A stretch of 45,640 bases of DNA from Corallochytrium limacisporum Hawaii (Eukaryota; Protista; Pluriformea). Position numbers and translations under genes: made by a program. Positions 10,934-21,389 of this stretch are shown here, in pieces. Position 1 is the stretch's first letter; every line of letters begins with the position of its first letter. A model generated the notes under the pieces. That model ran no database searches. It was not told the origin of the DNA and saw only the letters and a program-made list of their open reading frames with translations. The stretch is taken from the NCBI GenBank assembly GCA_002811645.1, contig PDIP01000096.1:1-45640 (forward strand), written 5' to 3'.

Positions 10934-12272
10934 ACCATATACCAACTACGTCTTTTGCTCTTTCCGTTCTTACTAAGGTCTGGATTGTATTTCTGAGTAG
11001 GTGGTGGCATAATATGTCCAGTTTTCGGGGCGTACAACTGACGGATATAGTTATGCTCTGGACCGCTGGCAATTAACGACTGCGCACGCAGTGGTGTCTA
11101 TGACATACTTGCAATACATTGGTGGCCATGACTCTTACAAAGGCAAGCCATTACAACGAACTGCAAAGAATGAACAAACTGTCCACACAACTAGAACACA
11201 AGAGAGAACTCTACTCTTGAATCCTTCAAGCTCATGACGAGAACGAATGTTCACCAGCGGTCTGAATATGGATTTCCTTTCAGAATTACCATTTCAGTAA
11301 CATAATTCCCTAGTCCTCCTCTGTGACGATGAGAACTGAATCGCTTTGCTTGTGATTCGATTGAATGCTAGGACTCTCTACCCCAGCGAGCACCGTCAAA
11401 GTCTAAGTGAATGGCCGCTGCATGCACACAAGGCCCGTCGTACTAGTCAAAATTGTAAGACCAGGTTGTCAACAGAAAACTGTAATCATGTACCCGTAAC
11501 ACCACGTCGCCAACCGCACCGACGCGCAACGAGCGTCGCCCCTGTCTTAGATGTCAAATAAATGTCACTAACATTCTAAAATCGATCTATTTCACCAAGC
11601 ATCACTTTCATGGACTTCAGGACGACATCGTTGGAGAGTGTTGCAGCTGGTGATCAACGGCAATGATGGTGAACCGTACGCTACCGGACGGTGGCAATAC
11701 CAACCATAGAATTACATGGGCACGGACAGATGTGGACAACGCCAACGTCATGGTCCAGAAAATCACAGGGTACTCCAGGAGCTTCACCTTTGTGCCAGGG
11801 TAGATGTGATTGCGACGTAGCGATGGTCCTTTTCGTGTAACCTAACTACGTGGTTAGGCGAACCCGTATAACAGACGAGCTTGCTTGGTTGCTTTTCGTA
11901 TTTGGCAATTCCCGTTCTAGGCCGCAACGACACCACAGCCCGACCTTTCCCCCCCTCCCTGGGGGAGGCTAGGGGACAGCGTTCAACAGCATGTGGCTAC
12001 CCACGCGAGCGTCCTGATCCACCTATGCTCGTAGTTGCAGCACTAGGTTCCTAAATCAGGAAAACAATTTTGATGTTAAGGTTCAAAGGTATGAGAGTAC
12101 ACGTGAGACAAGGAAGAAATACTCTGCAAACGGGCCTTTTGCCACCAGTACAGAGTGTGCATGCTCAGGTATTTAAGGATCGTGATCAACTGACCACTAC
12201 CATTTCAGAGAGCATAAAAGAACACTTTCAAAAGAAGTTTTAATCAAGTTATTAACACATCAAAACGTCACT

Positions 12273-13907
12273 ATGAAGCTCATCAATTCAATCATCTTTG
12301 GATACATGATGGTTCTCCTTGTAAGCGTGGAAGCCATGCCACTTGATGAGGAAGTCAGCCTTGGATCTTTGCAAACTGACGCATCTGCAATTAGGCCTCC
12401 TTCACTGCAGGAGAGTGAGATCTTTTATTGTTCCTGGGAATGGCATCACTGGTCGACTAATGAAACTCTTTGGAACGATCATCTGCCTGAGAAGGACATC
12501 AATGCCACTATCGGTGGCATTTTGGACGTGCGAAGTCTCGCCAAAACCGTTGCTGATCAAGGGAAGGACCTGCCCGAATACATTGGCGCCCGGCTTGGGA
12601 ATTTCTCTGTCTCCAACAAGAATGGCAAAGTTGATCTTTGGCGATCCTTATTGTTCAAGTTGAACGCTCTTACCGCTCCTATTCTTATGGCGCCCTACTA
12701 CATTGAAAGAACGGCCTCCAACTCTGAGAAATGGTATGATTGGTGGCATAGCCTGCAGAGCCTGTTTCCGCAAGGCCAGAAGGCTGCCAATGGCCGTCCT
12801 ATGAAAGGGTACTGTAATCCCAATGCCACCAGCTATGACTACATTCCCAAGAGCGTGTCGTTCCCTGACAATTACATGCCACGCCAAATTCCGATGAACG
12901 AACAGTTCAATACTCACCCTTTGGATCTTCGCAGCTCAGTGTGGACGATGGAAGACAGTCGTGTGCGTACAGCCCCAAGTGAATTTATGGCCCGCAACAC
13001 ACTGAACGACTGTATGGAAGCCAGTTACACATACTCTGAATCCGTCGCCGAACAAGTAACAAGCACTTCTTCTCAGCAGTTCTCCAGCTCCCTCAAGCAG
13101 TCCAGTGAGGTGAGTCTGAGCTCAAAGGTCTCTACAAAATTCATGGGAATTGGTGCCTCCATCACTGCTTCCATCAAGGCCGGCCTCGAACAGACGGCTA
13201 CGCGAGCCACAACTACTTCCGAAACTGTTTCCCAGGGAACAACACGGACCGTGACGTACGGACCCATCAAGCCTCAGATTCCACCCAGTACCCTCCTCAA
13301 CATCACAATGTGGGCGGATCAGGTCGACGCAGACCTGTACTACACCGGTGATGCTCGCTGGCACGACGACTATACTGGTTTGCAGCTGTACATGCAGGGC
13401 CATGGTAAGCAGTACTCTGGCAAAGGGGATATTCCAAGCCTTATAAGCAGGAACATTCTGACCACTCCTGCAAAAATCAAAAATGTAATTCGTAAGGTCT
13501 CTGACTTACTAAATGCGGATTGGGATGAAGTATTCATCCAGAACCTTGTCACCGCATCTGTTCGGGCCAAGTCGAAGGCCAAGGCGGGCAGCTCTGTACT
13601 AATGGACGTATACCAGTGCGATCTCTCCTCGGACCCGAATATTCACCGCTGTGACAAAGAGACAGCCGTGAGGTACCCAGTTACGGACACCTGCTTGAAA
13701 GGCATTCTCCGGACTGGAGCCAATGACTTCAAAGTTATACCCGGTGTACGCATGAACGTTGCCCCAATAGATGGTCTGCCCATCGACTGCTACGACTACG
13801 AGCTCGTTGATGCAGACCTGAATCGCTTTAAAGTTCACCTCAGAGACGATTGTAACCGGGAGAACGCGGACATTCGCCGTGATGTTGGCAAGATCTTTGC
13901 CCACTGA
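12273..13907 (+). CDS. Secreted aerolysin-superfamily (ETX/MTX2-like) beta-pore-forming protein
   Basis: 544 aa with signal peptide MKLINSIIFGYMMVLLVSVEA. The central Ser/Thr-rich region with an alternating amphipathic hairpin (SYTYSESVAEQVTSTSS...VSLSSKVSTKFMGIGASITASIKAGLEQTATRATTTSETVSQGTTRTVT) is followed by QIPPSTLLNITM...YYTG, the [VI]PP motif arrangement of aerolysin-type pore-forming modules. CDS is certain; the family call is by pattern. Confidence 0.78.
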   Translation: MKLINSIIFGYMMVLLVSVEAMPLDEEVSLGSLQTDASAIRPPSLQESEIFYCSWEWHHWSTNETLWNDHLPEKDINATIGGILDVRSLAKTVADQGKDLPEYIGARLGNFSVSNKNGKVDLWRSLLFKLNALTAPILMAPYYIERTASNSEKWYDWWHSLQSLFPQGQKAANGRPMKGYCNPNATSYDYIPKSVSFPDNYMPRQIPMNEQFNTHPLDLRSSVWTMEDSRVRTAPSEFMARNTLNDCMEASYTYSESVAEQVTSTSSQQFSSSLKQSSEVSLSSKVSTKFMGIGASITASIKAGLEQTATRATTTSETVSQGTTRTVTYGPIKPQIPPSTLLNITMWADQVDADLYYTGDARWHDDYTGLQLYMQGHGKQYSGKGDIPSLISRNILTTPAKIKNVIRKVSDLLNADWDEVFIQNLVTASVRAKSKAKAGSSVLMDVYQCDLSSDPNIHRCDKETAVRYPVTDTCLKGILRTGANDFKVIPGVRMNVAPIDGLPIDCYDYELVDADLNRFKVHLRDDCNRENADIRRDVGKIFAH

Positions 13908-15069
13908 GTACTATGGCTCCTTCGCGTCAATACTGTATCCACCATGGTTTCTTGATGATGACAACTACACTGAACTACGAAATATCTCTCGTACAGCAAC
14001 TATCTAAGAATGGCACACATGCCTTCATGTTGAGCACCTCCACTTTGAATGTCCCCGCCACTTTGAAACCCATCAGTCGGGAATACATTGTCTATAAATT
14101 ATCATGCTTGGCATCATCATCATCAAGTTGTAAAAGTGTATCTTGACAGCATTGGTCTTTTACGCCGTGTCCCTAAGGCGTTCAGTAACTGTTGATAGGG
14201 CCGTATTCAATACAGCTCCGCGTCCGCCAAAAGTGCCCTTCATCGCATACTGTCATTTTAACCCAGCCCTGCCTTCCGGCTCTCCGCCTTCAAGGTGTCC
14301 CAGGACGTATTGAGAAGGCCGCTGTCTTCGGGGCGGTTACGAGCCTGAGCCGGGAGGCGCATTTCTTCCCACCCGGCTCTTTTTCAGTGATATAACTTTG
14401 GTGAAGGCCTGGTACGGAGAGCCACATTTAAAGCCATGCAGTTCAAGGACACGTACCCCGGCTGTGCGCTTCCAGCAAGCTCTGTTATTACGAATTTGAT
14501 CCGTAATATGAGCCATAACCTTGATCTGCATGGAAACTTAGGAAAGAGTAAAGCAGGTTAAAGGCGAGATATTGGAAACAAACTAAGGTGGGACCTAGGG
14601 CACAAACAGATGAGTGGAGGAAACCCAGTTTGCAGAACAGAAAACCTTTCACTCTAGCAACGCATAGTATGTTTTCTTTTTTGTCCGTGTCCCGCCATCC
14701 GACGGACAAGGAAGAAATGTCGAGTGACGCAATTTTCGTCTGGCGCGGTCGGTCTCTGGATATACTCACTCTGGGGGCGCGCCAACCCGCCTCCAGGAAG
14801 AAACTTACACGCACGCCACTGCTGTTTCCTTAAAAGGAAGGAAATAGTCCCAAAGTTACTGATTTAGTACATTCAGTATGTAGGTGACCAGAGTTTCTGG
14901 TCCCTATTGCCAACTTCTGCCAATTTGTACCCATAGTTAGAACAGTTATTCAGTCGCGACAAGACTCTCTACACGGTTGCACTAAAAATATACCGTGACG
15001 AAACGAACAAGAGTCAGGGGGTCCGCAAAAACTTGAACCTTGCGCACAGACGCGCATGTCTGGAGTATT

Positions 15070-16530
15070 GTGAGCAATACACAGACGCCATTCAAGCTCA
15101 CAAGGCACCCTCTGGGACCGCGCTTCCACCAGCACTGCGGTACCAAAGAGACCCAAGCTCTTTGTACTACTACAGCAATCTGCTCAGCCTAATGAACCCA
15201 AGTTGTTTAAATGGGAAAATCATCACCGTCCCTGTGAGCTACCATCGTGTTGGCAGGAGTCGCGAGGTTAGGGGAGGCATTGGCAGTTCGACGACTGTAT
15301 TGAGGGCAGGAATCGACAGATTTTCTAAGTATCGGAGGGAGCTAAGAAAAATAGCCATTGTAGAGGGCAGGAAGGGCAAGGTTAAAAAAAAAGAGGAGTC
15401 AAGGGGAGTTAACAAACGACTGGATGCTGCGCAGGCGTGGCAGGAAGGGGTTCATGGGGGGTAGAACCCCCGGTGAGCTTTTCAGCAGAGTTGGTGTCGC
15501 GCAGCGTTTTCCTTTTATCTTGTGACCACTCGTTGCGTGTCCGCTACCCTCCGACACCTTCGCACGAATTCCTATTGTGAATGTACTGGACTATGCTCAC
15601 GTATTCTGCCTGTTACCCCCCAAAAAGCGCGCATGAAACAGCAAAGGGCCGCTTTTGCGCCGATTTCGCAGTTTTGGTGTGTGAGTTGCCTCATCGGAGG
15701 TTTTCAAATGACCAGCATCAGGGTACCATTGCTGAAGGCTACCTGCTGCGGTTGGTATATTCAGTACTAAGTTTGCAGAGAAAGGAAAGTGGACCATGTG
15801 TGTGCAGCGTGTCGTTTACGGGAGGATGGTGTCGTGTGCTCGGTGTGGTTTAGGGGGTTATATGCTTTTCTGCGGTGTGCGGCGTAATATGCATTTGTGG
15901 ACATGCATCTCTAAGAGAAACAATGAAGATAAAGGCCCAAGAGTGCATCCTCCCTCAAGATGTGTTTCCGCGAAACAATATCAATATTCGCAATCACTTT
16001 CAAAGACACTGCCTCTTCAAGGTACCGCGCTTCCATTGGGAAATGCCATGGCACCTCCAGCTCATAGTTGCCGACAGTCGGATCTCGACGTATCCGGTGT
16101 GCTGGCAATTTTCTCTTCACTCTGCCGCAACTATTAATTCTTTCTCGTACCGTCTTCGTTATTTCTCGCTTCTCCACTATTGTTTACCCGGTGGCAGACG
16201 AAAAATGGAAGAAATGAGTAAAAGATTTTTTCTTAGGACCCCTCTCTTGTTCATAGCTCTCCCCCAGGATCTGGCGGCTCGTCTCGCCTTTCCAATATAC
16301 TAAGTACTATCACTTGACGATTGTGTGGGTTTTGAGTAGGTGTACAATGTGTCATGGAAAAAACTCCAAACTGCACTCCCAGAAACTGCTGCGTTCCCCC
16401 TATATTCCCTCTTTGCCCGTCTGGCAAGTACCATTGAGCCAGGGTGGCCCAAAGATGCTCAATTCCCTATATGTACCAATTCTGTAGGAATGGTTATGTG
16501 GTACTCGATGAACTACCATCTGTCGTTCAA
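15070..16530 (+). mobile_element. Degenerate L1/Tx1-like non-LTR RT relic (element D)
   Basis: In order: AIQAHKAPSGTALP...LNGKIITVP (~15087-15232, KApGpDG...I..iPK-like), ILPQDVFPRNNINIRN (~15950, Q..F...R.I.dN-like), LIVADSRISTYPVCWQF (~16060-16111; D-V-W-F spacing identical to D..KAyDrV.W.F), FPLYSLFARLASTIEP (~16394-16441, PLSP.LF.l.iEP-like), and tac tcg atg aa at ~16502 (frameshifted YxDD-like). Confidence 0.5.
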
Positions 16531-17071
16531 TACGAGTAATCGCAGTCCTGACCGCAAGCTGCGAAGGACGGATGGGCAGGGGGGACCCCCTCGTCCGGTC
16601 GTGTGCTGCCCTGGTCTTTACCCACTCCACCTAAATACCCCCCCCCTTCCTTGTCTCAACAAAAAACCCCCTTGTGCCGAGCCCTATACCCCCGTCCCAG
16701 GGAGTTTGGGGGGTGGGGGGTGGTGTGTTCGCAAACTTGAAAAAAAATGGCAGGGCAGCGGAAGGGGAAAAGGGGAAAAGATTTCAGTGGTTTAACGAGC
16801 AGTGGCTAGTCCTGTTGCTTTCGTCTTTCCGTCTTAACGCTTCGAGCTGCGGACAGCAGCTAGCATCTCAACAAAGCGATATGGGATTATCTTAAGTATG
16901 ATGTGCTTGAACACTATTTTGTTACTTGCGTGTGACGACAAACAATGATCTTAGGTGGGGCGCAGAGATCACAGGTATTTGAATAGATATGTGGCAGTTT
17001 CTGAACCCAAGATGCTAGATTACAGCACGGATTACATTTAGGAGGGATTTGAATCTAATCTTTTGGAAACA

Positions 17072-17671
17072 ATGCATCCCGCACATATTTTGACAACAGC
17101 TGCTCTGTTGGGAGCCTCAGCTGCGCAGGCAATGGATATGCCTATGCCTCCTCCAACATCCGGAGCTTTCTGCAGCGGCACCGGTGTTGTTATGAACATG
17201 GGATTCGAATGGCAGACTGACATGTGTATTCTTCTGTGGTTCCCAGGATGGGTTCTCGACACCAAGGGCAAATTTGCAGGAGCTTGCATTGGCCTCATTA
17301 TTCTGGCCTTCATCATGTCTTTCAGTTTCAAACTGCGCGGCTACCTGCTCAGCCGCTTCAACGCCGGACAAATCTCTTGGGTCAAGACGTCCATGGATGT
17401 ACACATCTTCCACCTGCTGATGTCAGTGCACTTCGCTGCCAATCTCTTTATCGCATACTTGTTTATGTTGGTGGTTATGACATACAACGGCTTGCTTGTA
17501 TTCTCTGTTCTTCTGGGCTACCTGCTGGGTACCTTTGGCTCATCATATTGCTTCAACAGCAGATGCTCTAGCATGCCCGAAGCTACGAACAATTGTGGAT
17601 CCCAGTCCAACTCGTTCGATGACAAACTGAACTGTGAGCCTGCAGCAGGAACTCACTGCCAAGTTGCCTAA
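17072..17671 (+). CDS. Ctr/SLC31 family copper transporter
   Basis: First ATG at 17072 (the ORF track starts at an upstream TTG). Signal-like N-terminus, Met motifs MDMPM and MNMGF, ILLWFPGW, TM2 MxxxM (YLFMLVVMTYN), TM3 GxxxG (GYLLG), and a Cys/His-containing tail. Confidence 0.92.
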   Translation: MHPAHILTTAALLGASAAQAMDMPMPPPTSGAFCSGTGVVMNMGFEWQTDMCILLWFPGWVLDTKGKFAGACIGLIILAFIMSFSFKLRGYLLSRFNAGQISWVKTSMDVHIFHLLMSVHFAANLFIAYLFMLVVMTYNGLLVFSVLLGYLLGTFGSSYCFNSRCSSMPEATNNCGSQSNSFDDKLNCEPAAGTHCQVA

Positions 17672-17795
17672 ATGCAGTTTGGGTAACGTATCTTTCCGAT
17701 GGTTCTTTTCGGAGCAACACCGTAGACAATCATATTATGTTATTCAATACAGTATGAATTTAGTATAACCAACCGGCATGTTTTACTGTGTACCT

Positions 17796-20700
17796 TCACA
17801 GGTATTGTTGTAACATCTGTAGCACAGTACCCTCGTAGTGTTCTCCTGCAGCTGGTGTGCGTATACCATGGCGTTCGTAAGGGTAAACCTGTAGATGATA
17901 CGGTTTTCCAGCCTTGATTAGTGCATCGACAAACAAGGCAGTGTTGCTGAAATGGACGTTCTCATCAATGAGGCCATGGATGAGCAGGATTCGACCGGGA
18001 CTGCGCGGCAGATCAGCGACATGATTTAGAGCATTACTACGGCGGTAAGCCTCCTCGTTCTCTTCTGGGAGACCAAGATACCGCTCGGTGTAAGCTGTGT
18101 CGTATGCTTGCCAGACCGTGACGGGAGCGCAGCTAATGGCAACCTTGAAGATGTCGGGGTACTGGGCAAGTCCTAGCAGACTTAGGTACCCTCCGTAGCT
18201 CCAGCCGTGGATTGCTACACGTGTGGGATCCAGCCATTGGTGCTCATTGAAGAGGTATTTCAGTCCATCAACCTGGTCGGCCATTTCTGTCCGACCAAGG
18301 CAATTCTTCACTGCGCCCTCAAAGTGCAGCCCTCGACGGGCACTGCCTCTACCGTCAATGACAACAACAGCGTAACCGAGCATCGCCATAACATGCAGCC
18401 GCATGTAAAGCAGACCTTTATGCTCGCGGGTCACCAATTGCACAGTCGGCCCACCATAAATGTACAATACGACTGGGTATCGAATATTCGAGCCGGAGAC
18501 GCCTGCCGCAGAAGAATTACCTACGTCGTGGTAGTGATGATGGTGGTACCCGTCGCCTCCTGAAGTTTGCATCGGGTGCTGGTGTTGAGGCAGCGCGCCG
18601 GGCATGTCGTGCGTAAGAGGTGGTGGTTGCCCCTGGGGTCTGTACAGCAAGCCAAACAGTGAGCAGCCATCTCGTGCATGGAACCGGAAGAGTTCCGGTG
18701 GATTGTAGCCATTGACCACTGCGCTTGGTCGAAGAATTACTTTGGGCGGAGTCCAGACCGCATTGCTGGCATCCATTTGCATGGATGGACGCTGATAATA
18801 GGGGGAATCACCGCTCGGCGACCGATTGTTGGTGCCATTACTGTAACCATTATCATGCTGTAGTTCTTTGAGAATGTCATGGATAATTTCATCCAAGAAG
18901 ACCAGAGAAATAAAAGGGGCAACGTTAAGATTGCTCGAAGTGATGAGGGCCATATTGCAGTCCGCAGACAATTGACACGTGTTATAAAAGCCTGGCTTTG
19001 TGACTCGCAGAGGAGAACGTGTCGGTGAAGGCGGAGACTCGTTGGGATGCATGGGATGGGTCGGTTGGTCATCTTCCAAGGGGCTACCGTGGCCACGTTG
19101 TTGCGCCAGCGTACGGCAGAACCGCCGGTGCTTGGCGTAGGATATCACATACAAATGCAATTCAAGGGGACTATCGTAAGTTCCGATAAACCAAATTAAC
19201 TCCCGCTTCTCATCGACCCAGACCTTGTCTGTCTCTACTTGCCAATCACCCGCAGTCAACGGCAATGAATAGATCCCGTCGCTACGGGGCATGGTTCCAT
19301 CCGGGGTCTTGTCGAATACTTCGTACACATAGTACAGGTGCCGGAATCCAGACTGTTCGCTTGCCCAGATGAATTCGTATGCCGGATTACCCTCGTCGTA
19401 TTCCTGAAGGAAGTGCAGCGTGCTCAGCACATTCACCCAAATATTGCTGCTCTCAACAATAAGTAGATGTGATATCGGGTCATCCTCCTTGGCATCCAAC
19501 AGCAAGGTCTCCATCGTCGGCACTGAGCTCTGAGGAGTAATGGTTGGCTGTCCTGATCTATGGCTCGACCCGACTGATCCGCCCCCTTTGATGCTCCACT
19601 CTTGGTTGGGCAAGATCTCCCGAAAAGACTCAAGAGGAAAAGTCACCAATTCCATTCGAGTCTGCGTACGATTCAACATCTCGACCCAAACGCGGTTGCC
19701 ACAGCGTGTCCATCCCGCACGTACAACGTACTCGCATTCTGGATATTGCTCAGTCAACGGTGGGTACAATGCACGTGTGACGTGTTCTTGACCGTTAAGA
19801 TTCTCGTTGAAGCTAATGGCGAGTAAGTTTGACACTGCATTGGATTCACCTGCCCGGGGATAGCGAATCCCGTCAATGTGGGGATTGATTCCACTTTCCA
19901 TAATGCGAACCACACTTACCGGACCTTCGTCGACCTCAAGAGCCAAAATATGCAGATCCATGTCCCCGTTTGATGCCGCCGCATCTGTATCCATGGCCGC
20001 GCTGCTATTCTGCCGCTGTCGACCACTAGTTTTAGGTCGCCACCAGTATCCAGTGAAACGATGGAATTCTTCTTGCATGACATACTCTGCAAGGCCAGCG
20101 CTGAACCTAGGTACCTTCATGCCGTTCACAGGATCGATCTCTGCCATCGCAACGTAAGTCAGTCGCATCAACTTTGAGTCTGTAAGACGCACAACCCATA
20201 GATCACCATCTCTGACAAAGGCTACAAACTGATCATTGTGTGGACACAATTTCGGATCGAGGAGAGGAATGTGCGCTGACAGTGCGCTCACTTGACCAAT
20301 CGCATTCTTGTTCGAAGAGCCTTGGCCGTTGGTGGTGCTCTGCAAGCCACCACTCCGCCGGGTTATGTTGCTTGTGTTACCGGCATTGAAGCGCTTTGCC
20401 ATCGAAGTTTTGAATGATTCGTCGGCAATGCGCCTATTGGCTGCCTCGGCTGTGTCTGCGGTGTTCACATCATTCTCGTCAGCGCTGTTACCTCCCCCTT
20501 GCCCTGCAATGTCAATCCCCCGCCGGGAGGCGTTGTAAAAGTCGTCTTCAGTCATGACCACTTCCTGTGGTACCAAATCCTCGTGACGGGAGGCACTGGG
20601 TCGCCTGCTGTCACCCAGATTACAGAAGAAAAATCGCCGTCCGACCGCAAAGAATAAACGCTTGCGCTCATCGTCGAATTGATACGTCGTCAGGCCCATG

Positions 20701-21389
20701 GATGCAATTCTGCGCCTTTCACGAATCAGAACTTCTTCCCGCGTTGGTGGTTCTGTGGATGGCACAGCCTGTTTGTGGAAGACGCGATGGAAGTCTGCCC
20801 ACGTGTCCAAATGCACTGTACGTCTACTGGATCCACACCGGTGCCGCAGATCGTCGGCATCCACAAATTTCAATGTGTTCTGCCCGTACTCTGCCTCCAA
20901 GAAATACACACGTTTCCGCTTCAAATCAAACCCAAAGTTGCTCAGGTTGCTGTTGACCAACGTGCTTTGCATCGTTTTCATCTTCTTTACTTCAGCAAGA
21001 AGCTGCTCCCAGTGTGCTTCAGAAGCCCGTGGTGTCTGGCTCCGAAGGTCACCGCCGATATAATTTCCACTATTGCCATCATATGTGTTGGTACCATGTG
21101 AAGAACCTGTGTTTATACTACGCGTCCGGTGCCTTTGTGAACTCGAGCCCGGCAAGAGGCGACTGAGGATCCCAACTGGTCCGTTAGTGCTCACTTGACT
21201 GGTTGAATTTCGGGGTGGTCCGTCCCTGTGGCTAGTGCTTCGTCGCGATGATGAGACGTCGTACCCTCCAGACTTTGTGTACGAACGAGATCCGTATCCT
21301 CCGTTGTAAGAAGGCACAGAACGACCGTCACCGTCCATTGCTGAATAGTCATGCTCTCGCTTAAGATGAGACCTTCCAGACTGCGACAT
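17796..21389 (-). CDS. DPP9: Dipeptidyl peptidase 8/9 (S9B), cytosolic
   Basis: 1197 aa. AEYVMQEEFHRFTGYWW (double-Glu motif), YPRAG, GWSYGG nucleophile, DENVHF, YERH; no TM or signal peptide. DPP8 and DPP9 cannot be distinguished (likely co-ortholog). Confidence 0.95.
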   Translation of the reverse strand: MSQSGRSHLKREHDYSAMDGDGRSVPSYNGGYGSRSYTKSGGYDVSSSRRSTSHRDGPPRNSTSQVSTNGPVGILSRLLPGSSSQRHRTRSINTGSSHGTNTYDGNSGNYIGGDLRSQTPRASEAHWEQLLAEVKKMKTMQSTLVNSNLSNFGFDLKRKRVYFLEAEYGQNTLKFVDADDLRHRCGSSRRTVHLDTWADFHRVFHKQAVPSTEPPTREEVLIRERRRIASMGLTTYQFDDERKRLFFAVGRRFFFCNLGDSRRPSASRHEDLVPQEVVMTEDDFYNASRRGIDIAGQGGGNSADENDVNTADTAEAANRRIADESFKTSMAKRFNAGNTSNITRRSGGLQSTTNGQGSSNKNAIGQVSALSAHIPLLDPKLCPHNDQFVAFVRDGDLWVVRLTDSKLMRLTYVAMAEIDPVNGMKVPRFSAGLAEYVMQEEFHRFTGYWWRPKTSGRQRQNSSAAMDTDAAASNGDMDLHILALEVDEGPVSVVRIMESGINPHIDGIRYPRAGESNAVSNLLAISFNENLNGQEHVTRALYPPLTEQYPECEYVVRAGWTRCGNRVWVEMLNRTQTRMELVTFPLESFREILPNQEWSIKGGGSVGSSHRSGQPTITPQSSVPTMETLLLDAKEDDPISHLLIVESSNIWVNVLSTLHFLQEYDEGNPAYEFIWASEQSGFRHLYYVYEVFDKTPDGTMPRSDGIYSLPLTAGDWQVETDKVWVDEKRELIWFIGTYDSPLELHLYVISYAKHRRFCRTLAQQRGHGSPLEDDQPTHPMHPNESPPSPTRSPLRVTKPGFYNTCQLSADCNMALITSSNLNVAPFISLVFLDEIIHDILKELQHDNGYSNGTNNRSPSGDSPYYQRPSMQMDASNAVWTPPKVILRPSAVVNGYNPPELFRFHARDGCSLFGLLYRPQGQPPPLTHDMPGALPQHQHPMQTSGGDGYHHHHYHDVGNSSAAGVSGSNIRYPVVLYIYGGPTVQLVTREHKGLLYMRLHVMAMLGYAVVVIDGRGSARRGLHFEGAVKNCLGRTEMADQVDGLKYLFNEHQWLDPTRVAIHGWSYGGYLSLLGLAQYPDIFKVAISCAPVTVWQAYDTAYTERYLGLPEENEEAYRRSNALNHVADLPRSPGRILLIHGLIDENVHFSNTALFVDALIKAGKPYHLQVYPYERHGIRTPAAGEHYEGTVLQMLQQYL

